Shown: one piece after another, positions 1 to 10,178 of the stretch
Numbering within the stretch: position 1 is the stretch's first letter
How the letters are laid out: each line of letters opens with the position of its first letter
From: Candidatus Hadarchaeum sp.
GTDB lineage: Archaea; Hadarchaeota; Hadarchaeia; Hadarchaeales; Hadarchaeaceae
DNA length: 64,000 nucleotides
Assembly: GCF_038871235.1 (NCBI RefSeq)
Contig: NZ_JAVZIN010000004.1
Span: forward strand, 1 to 64,000
Direction of reading: 5' to 3'
Translations under genes and position numbers: made by a program
Notes under the pieces: generated by a model
What the model saw: the letters and a program-made list of their open reading frames with translations, nothing else
Databases searched by the model: none
What the model was told of the DNA's origin: nothing

Positions 1-121
1 GGTCGTCGTCGAGGGCCGCAGGCTGAAGACGATGGATCTGGGCGAGATCATCAGAAGGCATGGGGAGCTGGCGGCGGACCTGCTGGAGAGACGAAAGAAT
101 TATATTTCAAAGAAGAATTAG
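1..121 (+). CDS. 3' end of a probable amidohydrolase (nucleoside/nucleobase deaminase family), partial
   Basis: Frame from base 2 reads VVVEGRRLKTMDLGEIIRRHGELAADLLERRKNYISKKN* (TAG 119-121), resembling C-termini of 8-oxoguanine/MTA-deaminase-like amidohydrolases; directly upstream of nucleoside ABC permeases. Confidence 0.5.
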   Translation, partial: VVVEGRRLKTMDLGEIIRRHGELAADLLERRKNYISKKN

Positions 122-136
122 AAGAGGTGCCCAAAA

Positions 137-1192
137 ATGAAGGTTAAATTTGAAGTTCAAAGGTCTCATCTCATAATGGGTTTATTGAATGTTGCAGCGA
201 TCATCGGAGCTGTCATCGTTGTGGTTGCTATTTCATCAGTTGTGTCGGGGGTGGATCTGGGGAGAAGTTTTTCCACCTTTTTAACATATACGGTTGGGTC
301 TCCATCAGGAATTTTGTATGTCCTTAAAAGAACCACACCACTTATTCTGGCATCCTTGGGACTTGCTATCGCTTTCAAGTCAGGATTTTGGAACATCGGA
401 GCTGAAGGACAGATAGCTATTGGGGCAATTGCGACGACCGGCACCTGCCTTTTCTTGGGTCTACCTAATGCGATTGCCGTTGCGGTCGCTTTTGCTTTGA
501 GTTTCATTTTTGCTGGCGTCTATAGCGGAGTCTCCGGTTTCCTGAAGGTAAAATGGGATGTTAACGATATCGTGGTAACTATGATGATGAACTTTATCGC
601 CTTAGCCCTGTTCCATTACCTCATCTCAGGACCATGGTTCTGGCAGCAGGCGGGTTCCGTTGGTCTTTACTCTCGCACTGCACCAATCCCTGAGGGAATG
701 AGATTTCCTTTTATTTCCCCACCATTGAGTTCAGCCTTCATAATGGCAATAATCTTTGTTTTCATTGTTTACTTCTTGCTCAAAAAGAGCGTCTTTGGTT
801 ATCAGCTCAGAGTGGTTGGAGATAATCCTATGACGGCGCTGTGTCAGGGCATTCATGTAGGAAGAATTCTCACTTTGGGCGCAATAATAAGCGGTGGACT
901 TTGTGGTCTGGCTGGCATGTCTTTAGTATTGGGTGAATTTTTCCGGATGCAGGCAGGCATTACTGGAAATTATGGATTTTTTGCCATACCAATTGCTATC
1001 TTTTGTCGAAATGAGCCCATTCTAATACCATTTGGGTCATTTTTAGTCGCGGTTATCATTGAGGGGACGTTGTCGTTGACAACTCTAGGGATGCCTTCTG
1101 CGCTTTCAGAAGTTCTGCTCGGTATACTTTTCTTGGTCGTTTTCTTCCCTGAGCTAGTCGGATGGATTAAAAAGAGGAGGAAGAAAGCATGA
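137..1192 (+). CDS. ABC transporter permease (BMP/nucleoside type)
   Basis: Hydrophobic 351 aa; FWNIGAEGQ motif; GAGGTG SD upstream. Confidence 0.9.
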   Translation: MKVKFEVQRSHLIMGLLNVAAIIGAVIVVVAISSVVSGVDLGRSFSTFLTYTVGSPSGILYVLKRTTPLILASLGLAIAFKSGFWNIGAEGQIAIGAIATTGTCLFLGLPNAIAVAVAFALSFIFAGVYSGVSGFLKVKWDVNDIVVTMMMNFIALALFHYLISGPWFWQQAGSVGLYSRTAPIPEGMRFPFISPPLSSAFIMAIIFVFIVYFLLKKSVFGYQLRVVGDNPMTALCQGIHVGRILTLGAIISGGLCGLAGMSLVLGEFFRMQAGITGNYGFFAIPIAIFCRNEPILIPFGSFLVAVIIEGTLSLTTLGMPSALSEVLLGILFLVVFFPELVGWIKKRRKKA

Positions 1193-2058
1193 TAGATGTG
1201 ATTAGTTCTGTACTTTCCTACTTTCCAGTCATAGGTTTGGCCGCGCTCGGTGGCCTGATTGGGCAGAAGGCGGGCGTCTACAACATTGCTGTAGAAGGAA
1301 TAATGATGGCAGGAGCGGTGGGTGGTCTTTTTGGGTACTTTGTTTCAGGATCGCTCTGGATTGGACTTTTAGTGGGATTTTTATGGGGGGTATTCTTTGG
1401 AGTGTTGTTATCGTTGCTGACAGTTAATTGGAGATTGAATCAGATAGTTATTGGATTTACTCTTTGGTTCCTTGCCGAGGGACTTGGAAAATTCTTATAT
1501 CCTATCCTTCTGCCGGGCTCCTTCAAGGTACCAGAGAGATTTGGATATCTATTTGGTTTCGACCATGTTTTCTACCTGACGATAGCGCTGTTTATCGCAG
1601 TTTTTGTTATCTTTAAGTGGACTAGGCAAGGGCTAGCAATTCATGTGGCAGGGGAGAGCCCCGATGTCGGTGATATCGCAGGAATAAACATATTTCGGGT
1701 GAGGTGGATATGTAATATCATTGGCGCCGGTTTAATGGGCATGGCTGGAGCCTATCTGGCAGACCATGTACTCCAAGGCTACAATTATACCATGATAGCC
1801 GGTTATGGATGGGTCGCTTTTGCAATCGTTCTTTTTGGAAGATTTTCCCCAACAGGCGTCTTGCTCGGTTCGCTGTTCTTTTCCTCACTTATAGGAATTC
1901 AGACTAGGCTTCAGGTTGCAGGAGCTTTATTTTTGCCGAGCGAGTTCATGGTTGTTATACCCCACATTGGCGTGGTTTTGGTGCTGGCGATTATAGGAAT
2001 TCTTGGTAAAAAATCTGGCATACCTTCGGCGCTAGGAGTCCCATACAAACGAGAGTAA
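1189..2058 (+). CDS. ABC transporter permease (BMP/nucleoside type), second subunit
   Basis: GVYNIAVEGIM, AGYGWVAFAIVLFGRF and PSALGVPYKRE motifs; ATGA overlap with previous gene. Confidence 0.9.
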   Translation: MIDVISSVLSYFPVIGLAALGGLIGQKAGVYNIAVEGIMMAGAVGGLFGYFVSGSLWIGLLVGFLWGVFFGVLLSLLTVNWRLNQIVIGFTLWFLAEGLGKFLYPILLPGSFKVPERFGYLFGFDHVFYLTIALFIAVFVIFKWTRQGLAIHVAGESPDVGDIAGINIFRVRWICNIIGAGLMGMAGAYLADHVLQGYNYTMIAGYGWVAFAIVLFGRFSPTGVLLGSLFFSSLIGIQTRLQVAGALFLPSEFMVVIPHIGVVLVLAIIGILGKKSGIPSALGVPYKRE

Positions 2059-2070
2059 TGAGGGCTCTTT

Positions 2071-3810
2071 ATGGTCGGGTCAAGTTGCCCCATGGGCTTT
2101 GCAGGTAAAGTTTTGAAGGTTAATTTGAGTTCTAGGGAAATAAAAATAGAAGATCTTCCTCGTGAGGCGATTAGGTTTATCGGTGGCAGCGGACTGGCGA
2201 CTTGGTTTATATCGAAAATGGTTGATCCTTTAATAGACCCATTAAATGAAAAAAACGTAATTGTTTTTTGTGTAGGTCCAGTAACGGGAACTTCCATACC
2301 GATGTCAAGCCGTTATGTGGTTGCTTCCAAGTCGCCGCTAAACGGTACGCTTGGGGATGCAGACGCGGGTGGTTTTTGGGGTCCAGAGCTGAAATCTGCC
2401 GGATTTGATGCGATTTTAGTTACTGGAAAGTCGACAAAACCGGTTTTTCTTTGGATTTGCGATGGTGAAGCTGAATTGAAGGATGCCCGTGACCTGTGGG
2501 GGCTTGATCATCAAAAAACTGAGGAGGAGGTAAAGAGGATTTGTGGGGATTGCAGATTGCTTTCCATAGGTCCGGCGGGCGAGAATTTGGTGAAATTTTC
2601 AGTAATTTCAAACGATGGTGGCAGGATCGCGGGCAGAAGTGGGCTGGGGGCGGTTTTGGGTTCAAAGGGTTTGAAAGCAATTGTGGTTAAAGGCGAGCAG
2701 AGATACTCTCCAACCCAAGACATCGTGGATCTGGCTAAGGAGATCATAGGGTACTTGCTCGAAAGGGATGGCATCAAAAGGCTTTCCAAATTTGGTACTG
2801 GATCTTTTCTGGAGAATCATCTGGCGAGAGGAAATCTCCCTCTGAAAAATTGGGGACAGGATGAATGGTCGGAGGAGTCGGCAAAGAGAATTTCCTCCAA
2901 CAGGTTGTCTAATTGGGTAAAGATGAAGATGGGCGCCTGTAAGTACTGTCCGGTCGGATGTGAGAAGAGGATAGAATATGATGGTGTTGAAGAAAAGGGC
3001 CCCGAATATGAGACGATAGCCGCCTTGGGGTCGTTGTGCCTAGTCGATGATCCAATGACAATTATAAAGGCAAACAGAGCTTGCAACTTGCTCGGGATTG
3101 ACACCATCGAGACTGGGACGTTAATGGCATTTCTCATGGAATGCTTTGAAAGAAAAATTTTATCTCAGGAGAAGGTTGGCGTCTCGCTATATTGGGGCAG
3201 TGGAGATAGTTTCCCCGAGCTGGTCGAGATGATAGCATTTAGGCATGGGTTTGGAAACATTCTTGCCGAGGGCTTGAAAAGGGCTGCTGAGTTGATTGGC
3301 GGTGATGCTCCAAACTTCGCGATGCATGTTAAGGGCGCGCCGATATGCATGCATGACCCTAGAGTTCAACAGGATAAGGGGCTGAACTATGCTACCCTGC
3401 CTTCTGGAGCTTATCACGGCAAGGGTGGAAGCAATTTTGTGGGTCTTCCGAGGTCTGAAAGCTTGGCTGGGGAGCTGGTAAAAAGGCAGAACTTTGCGGA
3501 GATAATCGACAGTTTGGTTATGTGCTCCTTCGCGTTTGAGTTCTGGGCCGGAGGTTTGCCTGTTGATTTCATACCAAGAATTTTGAAAACAGTTTCTGGT
3601 TTGGACCTGAAATTAGATGATTTAGATAGAATAGGTGGCGAAATATTCGGTATGAAAGTAGCCTTCGCCAGAAAGTCGCTGGGCAGGGATAAAATAGGCG
3701 ATCCTCTTCCTGAGAGATTTAAGAAAGTTCCACGGGTCAGGGGAGGTATAGCTTTTACCTTTCAGGCAGAGAATCTTTTAGAAGAGTATTACAAATGTAG
3801 AAGTTCCTAG
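2071..3810 (+). CDS. aor: Tungsten-dependent aldehyde:ferredoxin oxidoreductase (AOR family)
   Basis: KSPLNG, GPELKSAGFDA, GRSGLGAVLGSKGLKA, CxxCPVGC, GPEYET, DTI and HDPR motifs; start may be ATG 2092. Confidence 0.9.
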   Translation: MVGSSCPMGFAGKVLKVNLSSREIKIEDLPREAIRFIGGSGLATWFISKMVDPLIDPLNEKNVIVFCVGPVTGTSIPMSSRYVVASKSPLNGTLGDADAGGFWGPELKSAGFDAILVTGKSTKPVFLWICDGEAELKDARDLWGLDHQKTEEEVKRICGDCRLLSIGPAGENLVKFSVISNDGGRIAGRSGLGAVLGSKGLKAIVVKGEQRYSPTQDIVDLAKEIIGYLLERDGIKRLSKFGTGSFLENHLARGNLPLKNWGQDEWSEESAKRISSNRLSNWVKMKMGACKYCPVGCEKRIEYDGVEEKGPEYETIAALGSLCLVDDPMTIIKANRACNLLGIDTIETGTLMAFLMECFERKILSQEKVGVSLYWGSGDSFPELVEMIAFRHGFGNILAEGLKRAAELIGGDAPNFAMHVKGAPICMHDPRVQQDKGLNYATLPSGAYHGKGGSNFVGLPRSESLAGELVKRQNFAEIIDSLVMCSFAFEFWAGGLPVDFIPRILKTVSGLDLKLDDLDRIGGEIFGMKVAFARKSLGRDKIGDPLPERFKKVPRVRGGIAFTFQAENLLEEYYKCRSS

Positions 3811-3897
3811 TGTTTCGACAGATAGCTGCCATCTTAATATATCTAATGTTCAATAAGATGGGTTGTTTAGACGCCGTACTTTTTTGACATCCTTTAT

Positions 3898-4920
3898 TTA
3901 TGGCTTGGCGACGACCCTACCCACAACTTTCTTTTCCTTCATTTGATTAAGTACTTCAGGAATTTCGTCGAGTTTCACCGTTTTTGAGACGACCGGACTT
4001 ATTTTTTTCTTGCGAGCAAGTTCCACAACATCGATTAAATTCTGGTGAGTATATGAAACAGATCCAATTATTCTGAACTCGCCGACTACGAGTGACAGCG
4101 GGTTTATTTCCAGCAGGTCCTTTGTATAACCGATGATCACATAGCGGCCCATCTTGGCCAGACTGTTGAAGGCATTTTCCATGGTTTTCTTCAACCCTAC
4201 CAGTTCTAGGGCCACGTTGACGCCCTTGCCGCCAGTCATTCTTTTTATCTCTTCATTGACGTTGGGCTTTGTCCCGTCGATCACTCCGTCAGCTCCCATC
4301 TCTTCAGCCATTTTAAGTTTCTCCTTGGAAACATCAACAACGAAAACTTTAGCACCCAGATGTTTCGCCACCTGAAAGGCGCTAGTACCTAGACCGCCAA
4401 ATCCATTTATCAACAAACTTTCTCCAGCTTCTAGCTTGGCTTGATCGGTTAATCCGTGGTAGACCGATCCTACTGCGCACGGCAGTACAGCCGCCTTTTC
4501 AAATGGTACTTCTTTTGGAAGCTTTACCAGAGTCCGCTCGACAGTTTTCACGTATTCAGCATATCCGCCATCAATGGTGAACCCATGCTGGTCTAAGTCG
4601 TTGCATAAGTTTTGCATGCCCCTTTTGCAGTATTCACACTTTCCGCAGCTTTTATTGTTGTTTATGACGACCCGGTCACCTTTCTTAAAGTTTTTCACCT
4701 TTTTCCCCACTTCTTCTATTTCTCCAGCTATTTCATGTCCCAAGGTTATTGGTAGAGTGCCTTTCCAAGGTACTAAGGTGCCGTCCAAAAAGTGCAGGTC
4801 GGTATGGCAAACTCCAGCGGCTTTAACTTTTACTAGGACTTCATCTTCAGTAATTTTTGGTTTTTCCACATCTTCAATTTTTAGGGGCTTATTTGGGCCA
4901 TAATATCTTACCGCTTTCAT
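3898..4920 (-). CDS. Zinc-dependent alcohol dehydrogenase (MDR family)
   Basis: GVCHTD, GHE, CGKCEYC...C structural Zn site, GFGGLG Rossmann motif. Confidence 0.92.
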   Translation of the reverse strand: MKAVRYYGPNKPLKIEDVEKPKITEDEVLVKVKAAGVCHTDLHFLDGTLVPWKGTLPITLGHEIAGEIEEVGKKVKNFKKGDRVVINNNKSCGKCEYCKRGMQNLCNDLDQHGFTIDGGYAEYVKTVERTLVKLPKEVPFEKAAVLPCAVGSVYHGLTDQAKLEAGESLLINGFGGLGTSAFQVAKHLGAKVFVVDVSKEKLKMAEEMGADGVIDGTKPNVNEEIKRMTGGKGVNVALELVGLKKTMENAFNSLAKMGRYVIIGYTKDLLEINPLSLVVGEFRIIGSVSYTHQNLIDVVELARKKKISPVVSKTVKLDEIPEVLNQMKEKKVVGRVVAKP

Positions 4921-5079
4921 AAATCTCGCTAATTGTTTAAGTTATCAGTTAATAAGTCTAGTGGGAAGTTAAGGGTCCAGCAATAAACTTTTTCTAATTA
5001 ATCGACCCAAATTTTTCAAAAATAATCTATTTCTGAATGAAGTTGCTAAAAGAAAAAAATAATAATTGATTTTTGGGCT

Positions 5080-6177
5080 TTAATCTACCCATTCTGTTTT
5101 TTCCGGAACCACGAGTTTGCCGCTAATGATGTCCTGTTTCAACTGTTCTGCGAACTCTTTGACTTCTTCAGTGACCATATTGCCCCATGTGGGGAAGCCC
5201 AGAGATCCATCCTCCAGAGTTAGATAGACTTCAACGTGTTGGGCTCTAAAGTTCTGCCAGTTTCCGCTTACTATCGCGTTCACTACCTTGTCTAATGGTT
5301 TTGTCCAGTCCCAGATAGAGCACGCAATAAGCGTGTCTGGGTAATATTGCACCATGTCAATGTACTCTTGGAATGTGTACATTCCCCTAACAGCTGCTTC
5401 CAAAGTTGCTGCGAAGTCATCTTGGTTCACAAAAACGATATCGATGCCCGCTTCGTGGAAACTGGCTATCGTATCTCTAGCCTTTGCTGGATCAGAGTAG
5501 GAGTTCATGTCCACCCGAGTAACTGTGATGGCTGGGTTCACGTAGTGGGCGCCGTCCCTCCATGGGTTCGCCACGGTCCGGTTAGCTCTTGGGCCAGGTA
5601 TCGCAATGATGAGTCCAAGTTTGTTGGTTTTCGTCAATTTTGCCGCCACGGCACCTGCAATGAAGTGCGGCTGATGAACGTTTGCCGCGTTGAGGCATAT
5701 CATGTTGTTTGGAATAGTCAGCCCCGAGTCAGCTATTGGCCCTGCTTCCCACTCTTGTATGAAGTAAACGTCTGGGTGTCTTGCAGCAACATTGAGTGCA
5801 GCTTCCATGAACTCATCAGTTTCAATATAGACAATGTCATAAGTAGATGCCGCCTGTTCTATCACGCTCTCAACGTTCTGTATACCGGTTTCTTCAATCC
5901 AGGTATACGAGATACCGTATTTTCCCGCCACTGTTTCCACAGCCTTTGCGTGGCTAGGCGACCAGCTGCCCTCATCGTGGTGCCACCACATCACGACTCC
6001 CATAGTAAGCTTTGAAGGTGCGGTGGGTGTTGCTGTACCCGTTACTGTTTTTGTCACCGTTACTGTTTGTCCGGGTGCTTGGGGTGCCATTGCATATAGT
6101 GCTCCAGCGCCAATTACCAGACCAATGACCAAACCGAGTACAATGGCTATAGATGTCGATATTCCTTTATTTTCCAT
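5080..6177 (-). CDS. BMP-family ABC substrate-binding protein
   Basis: N-terminal TM segment and Thr-rich linker; FIAGAVAAKLTKTNKLG and LKQDIISGKLVVP are typical of BMP proteins. Confidence 0.85.
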   Translation of the reverse strand: MENKGISTSIAIVLGLVIGLVIGAGALYAMAPQAPGQTVTVTKTVTGTATPTAPSKLTMGVVMWWHHDEGSWSPSHAKAVETVAGKYGISYTWIEETGIQNVESVIEQAASTYDIVYIETDEFMEAALNVAARHPDVYFIQEWEAGPIADSGLTIPNNMICLNAANVHQPHFIAGAVAAKLTKTNKLGLIIAIPGPRANRTVANPWRDGAHYVNPAITVTRVDMNSYSDPAKARDTIASFHEAGIDIVFVNQDDFAATLEAAVRGMYTFQEYIDMVQYYPDTLIACSIWDWTKPLDKVVNAIVSGNWQNFRAQHVEVYLTLEDGSLGFPTWGNMVTEEVKEFAEQLKQDIISGKLVVPEKTEWVD

Positions 6178-6325
6178 TTTTTCACCTTTTAATCAAAAAC
6201 TAGATTTGCGCCTTTTTATCTCTTTAGGTTAGCCGAGATTATAGATTTTTTTTAGTTCAGTTGGGAATTTTTTATTGGCTTTTGTGGTCGTTAACCTTGG
6301 GATTGGTTTAAGGCGATGTGTCGTT

Positions 6326-8284
6326 TTAAGATTTTAATATTTCAGACCACCCGGGAAGTTCTTCGCACTTCTTCCTGAGACTGGGGAATCTATCTATCTT
6401 GGCGTGGGGAAAGTACATAGCGGAGATAAATTCATCGTTAAATTCGGGGGCAATCGTCAACTCTAGGTAGCGGGTATTTCTTGCGATAGCTTCAGCGTCC
6501 TCCCTTTTTTCTCTTGAGATTAGTGCCTGTTTTGCACCCATGCCCGCCGCGTTGCCAACCGATTTTACTTTGCTCAAGGGTATGTCAGGATAAAGTCCAA
6601 TTACTTTGGCGCTCAGCTTATCAATGTAAGTTCCAAAAGCCCCGGCTAGATAAACTCTATCTATGTTTTTTTCCTCCACTTGTCTTCTTTTCATCAATAT
6701 TTTTGCCCCACTGTACAAAGCCGCCTTGGCCAACTGGATTTCCCGGATGTCTCGTTGTGTTATTACTATATCGCCAATTCCTTTCTCAGTCTCATTTTCC
6801 CAAACCAGCACGAACTCCAGCATATTTTGATTTCTTCTAATCCTTGGACTTTCAATTGCCGGGTTTATGTTTCCGTTTCTCAGTACCACGCCAGCTAGAA
6901 ACATCTGGGCCACCGCGTCCACAATTCCCGAGCCACATATACCTTTTGGAGGTAGATTGTCGATGGTGCTGTATTCAACTTCCAAGGTGTCGGGTTTTAT
7001 ACTGACTTTTTCGATTGCTCCCGGTTCCCCACGCATGCCGTGTTTCAGGTGTGCACCTTCAAACGCGGGGCCGGCAGCAGTAGAACAGACCTCGATGTAG
7101 TCCTTGTTGCCCAGCATGATTTCTCCATTCGTACCGATGTCGGTCGCCAGCGTCATCTCTGACTCCTTGTAAATGTCGGTTGAAAGGATCACACCAACAG
7201 TGTCAGCGCCAACAAAACCAGCGATTACGGGAAGAACGTGGACGTTGGCGTTTGGATTAGTTTTAAGGCCTAGTTCACGGGCCTTTACATCAACTCCCCT
7301 TCTTAATACAGGCGTGAACGGCGAGAGGGCTAAAAACTTAGGATTCAGTTTTAGAAAGAGGTGGTGCATTGCCGTATTGCCGACGATGGTGATCTCATAG
7401 ATTTCTTCTTTTTTCACGTTGGCCTTTGAACAGGCTTCATCAATTATTTTGTTCAGACCATCAATTATTGCTCGGTTTATCCTTTCTAGGCCATCTTCGT
7501 TTTGAATGCAATAAGTTATTCTGGTTACCACATCCTCGCCGTATGGAATTTGTGGATTCAGGATCGACCCAACGCTCACCAACTTTCCATCATTGAGATC
7601 GATTAGGTATCCCACCACGGTTGTTGTTCCTATGTCCACAGCCAGACCATATTTTCTTTTAGAAGTATCTCCGCTTTCTATTGAAATTATCTCTTTGTCG
7701 TTCCAGATCGTGACCGTGCAATTCCAGTTTCCTTTTCTCAACACCTCCGGTAGCTCTCTGAATATTTTGTAGTCCGTTTCAACAAAATCAACGTTGTTCG
7801 CCTTCAGTCCCTCTAAAATCCTTTCTAGGTCAGGTTTAGGGTCGCTTAAAGTTGGTTGCGGCAACTCAACAAAGTATTTTTTAATTAATGGATTAAACTT
7901 CAGCTCCTTTTCCAGACCCTCCACCAATATTTTCTGGGCTCCAAGTCGACTTTCTATCGGAACGGTAACAACAATCCGTTCGTCTGTGTCCGTTATTTTT
8001 TCTATCTTAGTCATGCAGGCAAGACGGTAGCCCCGGTCAAGAAGTTCCTGTGAGAATTTTCCGATTTTTACTAAATTTAGTTCTTCCTTGGTTATCTTGT
8101 TTAGATTCCCTGCTCCAGCCTCGACAATAATCCGGCACTTTCCACACGTTCCCTTACCACCACATACTGATTCTAGCGTGATTCCAACTTTTTTCGCAGC
8201 CTCCAAGATACTAATACCAGCACCAACTTCAATGCTTTTTCCATCAGGCAGGAAAACTACTTTTACACATTGCATGTGAATCAT
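6326..8284 (-). CDS. ASKHA-family reductive activator of corrinoid proteins (RACo/DUF4445) with N-terminal 2Fe-2S domain
   Basis: CGGKGTCGKC...RLAC; DIGTTT; DIGTNGE; AAGPAFEG; GICGSG; TQRDIREIQLAKAA; LAGAFG. Confidence 0.9.
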   Translation of the reverse strand: MIHMQCVKVVFLPDGKSIEVGAGISILEAAKKVGITLESVCGGKGTCGKCRIIVEAGAGNLNKITKEELNLVKIGKFSQELLDRGYRLACMTKIEKITDTDERIVVTVPIESRLGAQKILVEGLEKELKFNPLIKKYFVELPQPTLSDPKPDLERILEGLKANNVDFVETDYKIFRELPEVLRKGNWNCTVTIWNDKEIISIESGDTSKRKYGLAVDIGTTTVVGYLIDLNDGKLVSVGSILNPQIPYGEDVVTRITYCIQNEDGLERINRAIIDGLNKIIDEACSKANVKKEEIYEITIVGNTAMHHLFLKLNPKFLALSPFTPVLRRGVDVKARELGLKTNPNANVHVLPVIAGFVGADTVGVILSTDIYKESEMTLATDIGTNGEIMLGNKDYIEVCSTAAGPAFEGAHLKHGMRGEPGAIEKVSIKPDTLEVEYSTIDNLPPKGICGSGIVDAVAQMFLAGVVLRNGNINPAIESPRIRRNQNMLEFVLVWENETEKGIGDIVITQRDIREIQLAKAALYSGAKILMKRRQVEEKNIDRVYLAGAFGTYIDKLSAKVIGLYPDIPLSKVKSVGNAAGMGAKQALISREKREDAEAIARNTRYLELTIAPEFNDEFISAMYFPHAKIDRFPSLRKKCEELPGWSEILKS

Positions 8285-8432
8285 CTGAATGTTTTAGTTA
8301 TCATTGTTTTTTCTTAGAATTAATATTATCCTATTGTTCAGAGTAAAAATTTTTTCCAATCGCCCGTTTATTTTTCGAAGCAGAAATCGCTACGTTTTTA
8401 ACCCTCATGCTGATAGAAGTGATGGGGAAAAG

Positions 8433-10064
8433 TTGAAAATCGCTTCTGCCCGAGGCCAGAGTGATCCGGGGGTGGCCCCGAAAATTAAACTGGAAAAGGT
8501 AAAACCGGGAGAGGTCATTCTTGAGATGCGGGGGATCACCAAGCGTTTTCCCGGCGTCCTCGCCAATGATCATGTAGATTTCGAGATAAGGGCCGGTGAG
8601 ATTCACGCCCTTTTGGGTGAAAACGGCGCGGGAAAGACGACCCTGATGAATATTCTGTACGGCCTTTATCAGCCCGATGAGGGCCAGATACTGATTCGTG
8701 GCAAGCCGGTGACCATCAGATCGCCTAAGGACGCTATCGATTTGGGTATCGGGATGATTCACCAGCACTTTATGCTTGTTGATCCCCTGACGGTCACTGA
8801 GAACGTTATTCTTGGCCTCAGGTCGTCTAAGGAGCCGTTGCTTGATCTAGACGTTGCTGAAAAGAGGATCATCGAGCTTTCAAAGAGATATGGCCTTAAA
8901 GTTGACCCCAAGGCCCGGATCGAGCAGCTTTCTGTGGGTGAGAGGCAGCGCGTCGAAATAATCAAGGCACTTTACCGGGGGGCCCAGATCCTTATTCTGG
9001 ACGAGCCCACGGCGGTGTTGACACCTCCGGAAGTGAAGGAGCTGATGAAGATGATGAAGAAGATGGCTAAGGAGGGACTGGCCGTGATACCGTTTATAAC
9101 CCACAAGCTGCCAGAGGTGATGGAGGTAAGCGATCGCGTCACAGTGCTCAGACGAGGAAGAGTCGTGGGCACCATTCCGACTAAGCGCACCAACAAGAGC
9201 GACTTGGCTAAGAAGATGGTAGGGAGGCAGATTTACTTTGGCGCCAAAAGAAAAAAAGTAAAGCCGGGTAAGGTAGTTATTTCGGTTAAGGATCTTGAAG
9301 CCTTGAATGATAAGGGCCTTCCGGCATTAAAGAAAGTTTCCTTTGAGATTCATGAGCGGGAAATACTCGGAATTGCTGGGGTTTCGGGCAATGGTCAGAG
9401 AGAGCTTGCTGAGGTCATAACAGGTTTGAGAAAAGCTACCGGCGGAAAAGTTGTAATTCTGGGCAAAGACGTCACCAACAAATCACCGAAGGAAATAACC
9501 AGCCAAGGCGTCGGCCACATTCCAGAGGATCGCGTTGGCACTGGTCTGGTGATGAACTTCACAGTCGCCGAGAACCTCATTTTGGGGTCGCAATCGGAGC
9601 CGCCCTTCGTGAATCGTTGGTTTTTGCCCTTCAACAAAAAATGGTTCTTGGATAAAAATGAGATAAACAAGTATGCGGATCAGTTAATAAAGGAGTACGA
9701 TATAAAAACTCCGAGCCGGGACACACCCGCTCGAAATCTGTCTGGCGGTAACCTCCAAAAGCTGATTCTCGCCCGGGAGCTTTCTAGGAGGCCCAAGCTC
9801 TTGATAGCCAACCAGCCCACGCGCGGGCTCGACGTCGGTGCCACAGAGTTCATCCAGTCAAAGCTAGAGGAGCAAAAGGAGAAAGGGACGGCGATCCTGT
9901 TGATTTCCGAGGATCTGGATGAGATCATGTCCTTGAGCGATCGCATTGCCGTAATTTATGAGGGAGAGATAGTCGGCATAGTCCCTGCTGAGAAGGCCAA
10001 GATCAAGGATATAGGTCTGATGATGGCCGGAGTAAAAAAAGCTTCCGTTAAGACCAAAGGTTAA
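8433..10064 (+). CDS. ABC transporter ATP-binding protein (tandem NBD, nucleoside/sugar type)
   Basis: GENGAGKTT, LSVGERQRVEI, ILDEPT, LSGGNLQK, PTRGLDVG; ORF open from 8304, TTG 8433 taken as likely start. Confidence 0.9.
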   Translation: MKIASARGQSDPGVAPKIKLEKVKPGEVILEMRGITKRFPGVLANDHVDFEIRAGEIHALLGENGAGKTTLMNILYGLYQPDEGQILIRGKPVTIRSPKDAIDLGIGMIHQHFMLVDPLTVTENVILGLRSSKEPLLDLDVAEKRIIELSKRYGLKVDPKARIEQLSVGERQRVEIIKALYRGAQILILDEPTAVLTPPEVKELMKMMKKMAKEGLAVIPFITHKLPEVMEVSDRVTVLRRGRVVGTIPTKRTNKSDLAKKMVGRQIYFGAKRKKVKPGKVVISVKDLEALNDKGLPALKKVSFEIHEREILGIAGVSGNGQRELAEVITGLRKATGGKVVILGKDVTNKSPKEITSQGVGHIPEDRVGTGLVMNFTVAENLILGSQSEPPFVNRWFLPFNKKWFLDKNEINKYADQLIKEYDIKTPSRDTPARNLSGGNLQKLILARELSRRPKLLIANQPTRGLDVGATEFIQSKLEEQKEKGTAILLISEDLDEIMSLSDRIAVIYEGEIVGIVPAEKAKIKDIGLMMAGVKKASVKTKG

Positions 10065-10178
10065 GTTGTCAGCCAAAATTGGATGTTAAACTGTAGCAGG
10101 ATCTAACAGCAGGTAGCTGATTTTAAATCGGTGGAAAAAACTTAAATGTAAAAGAAATATGTCTCATCGGGTGTATAT

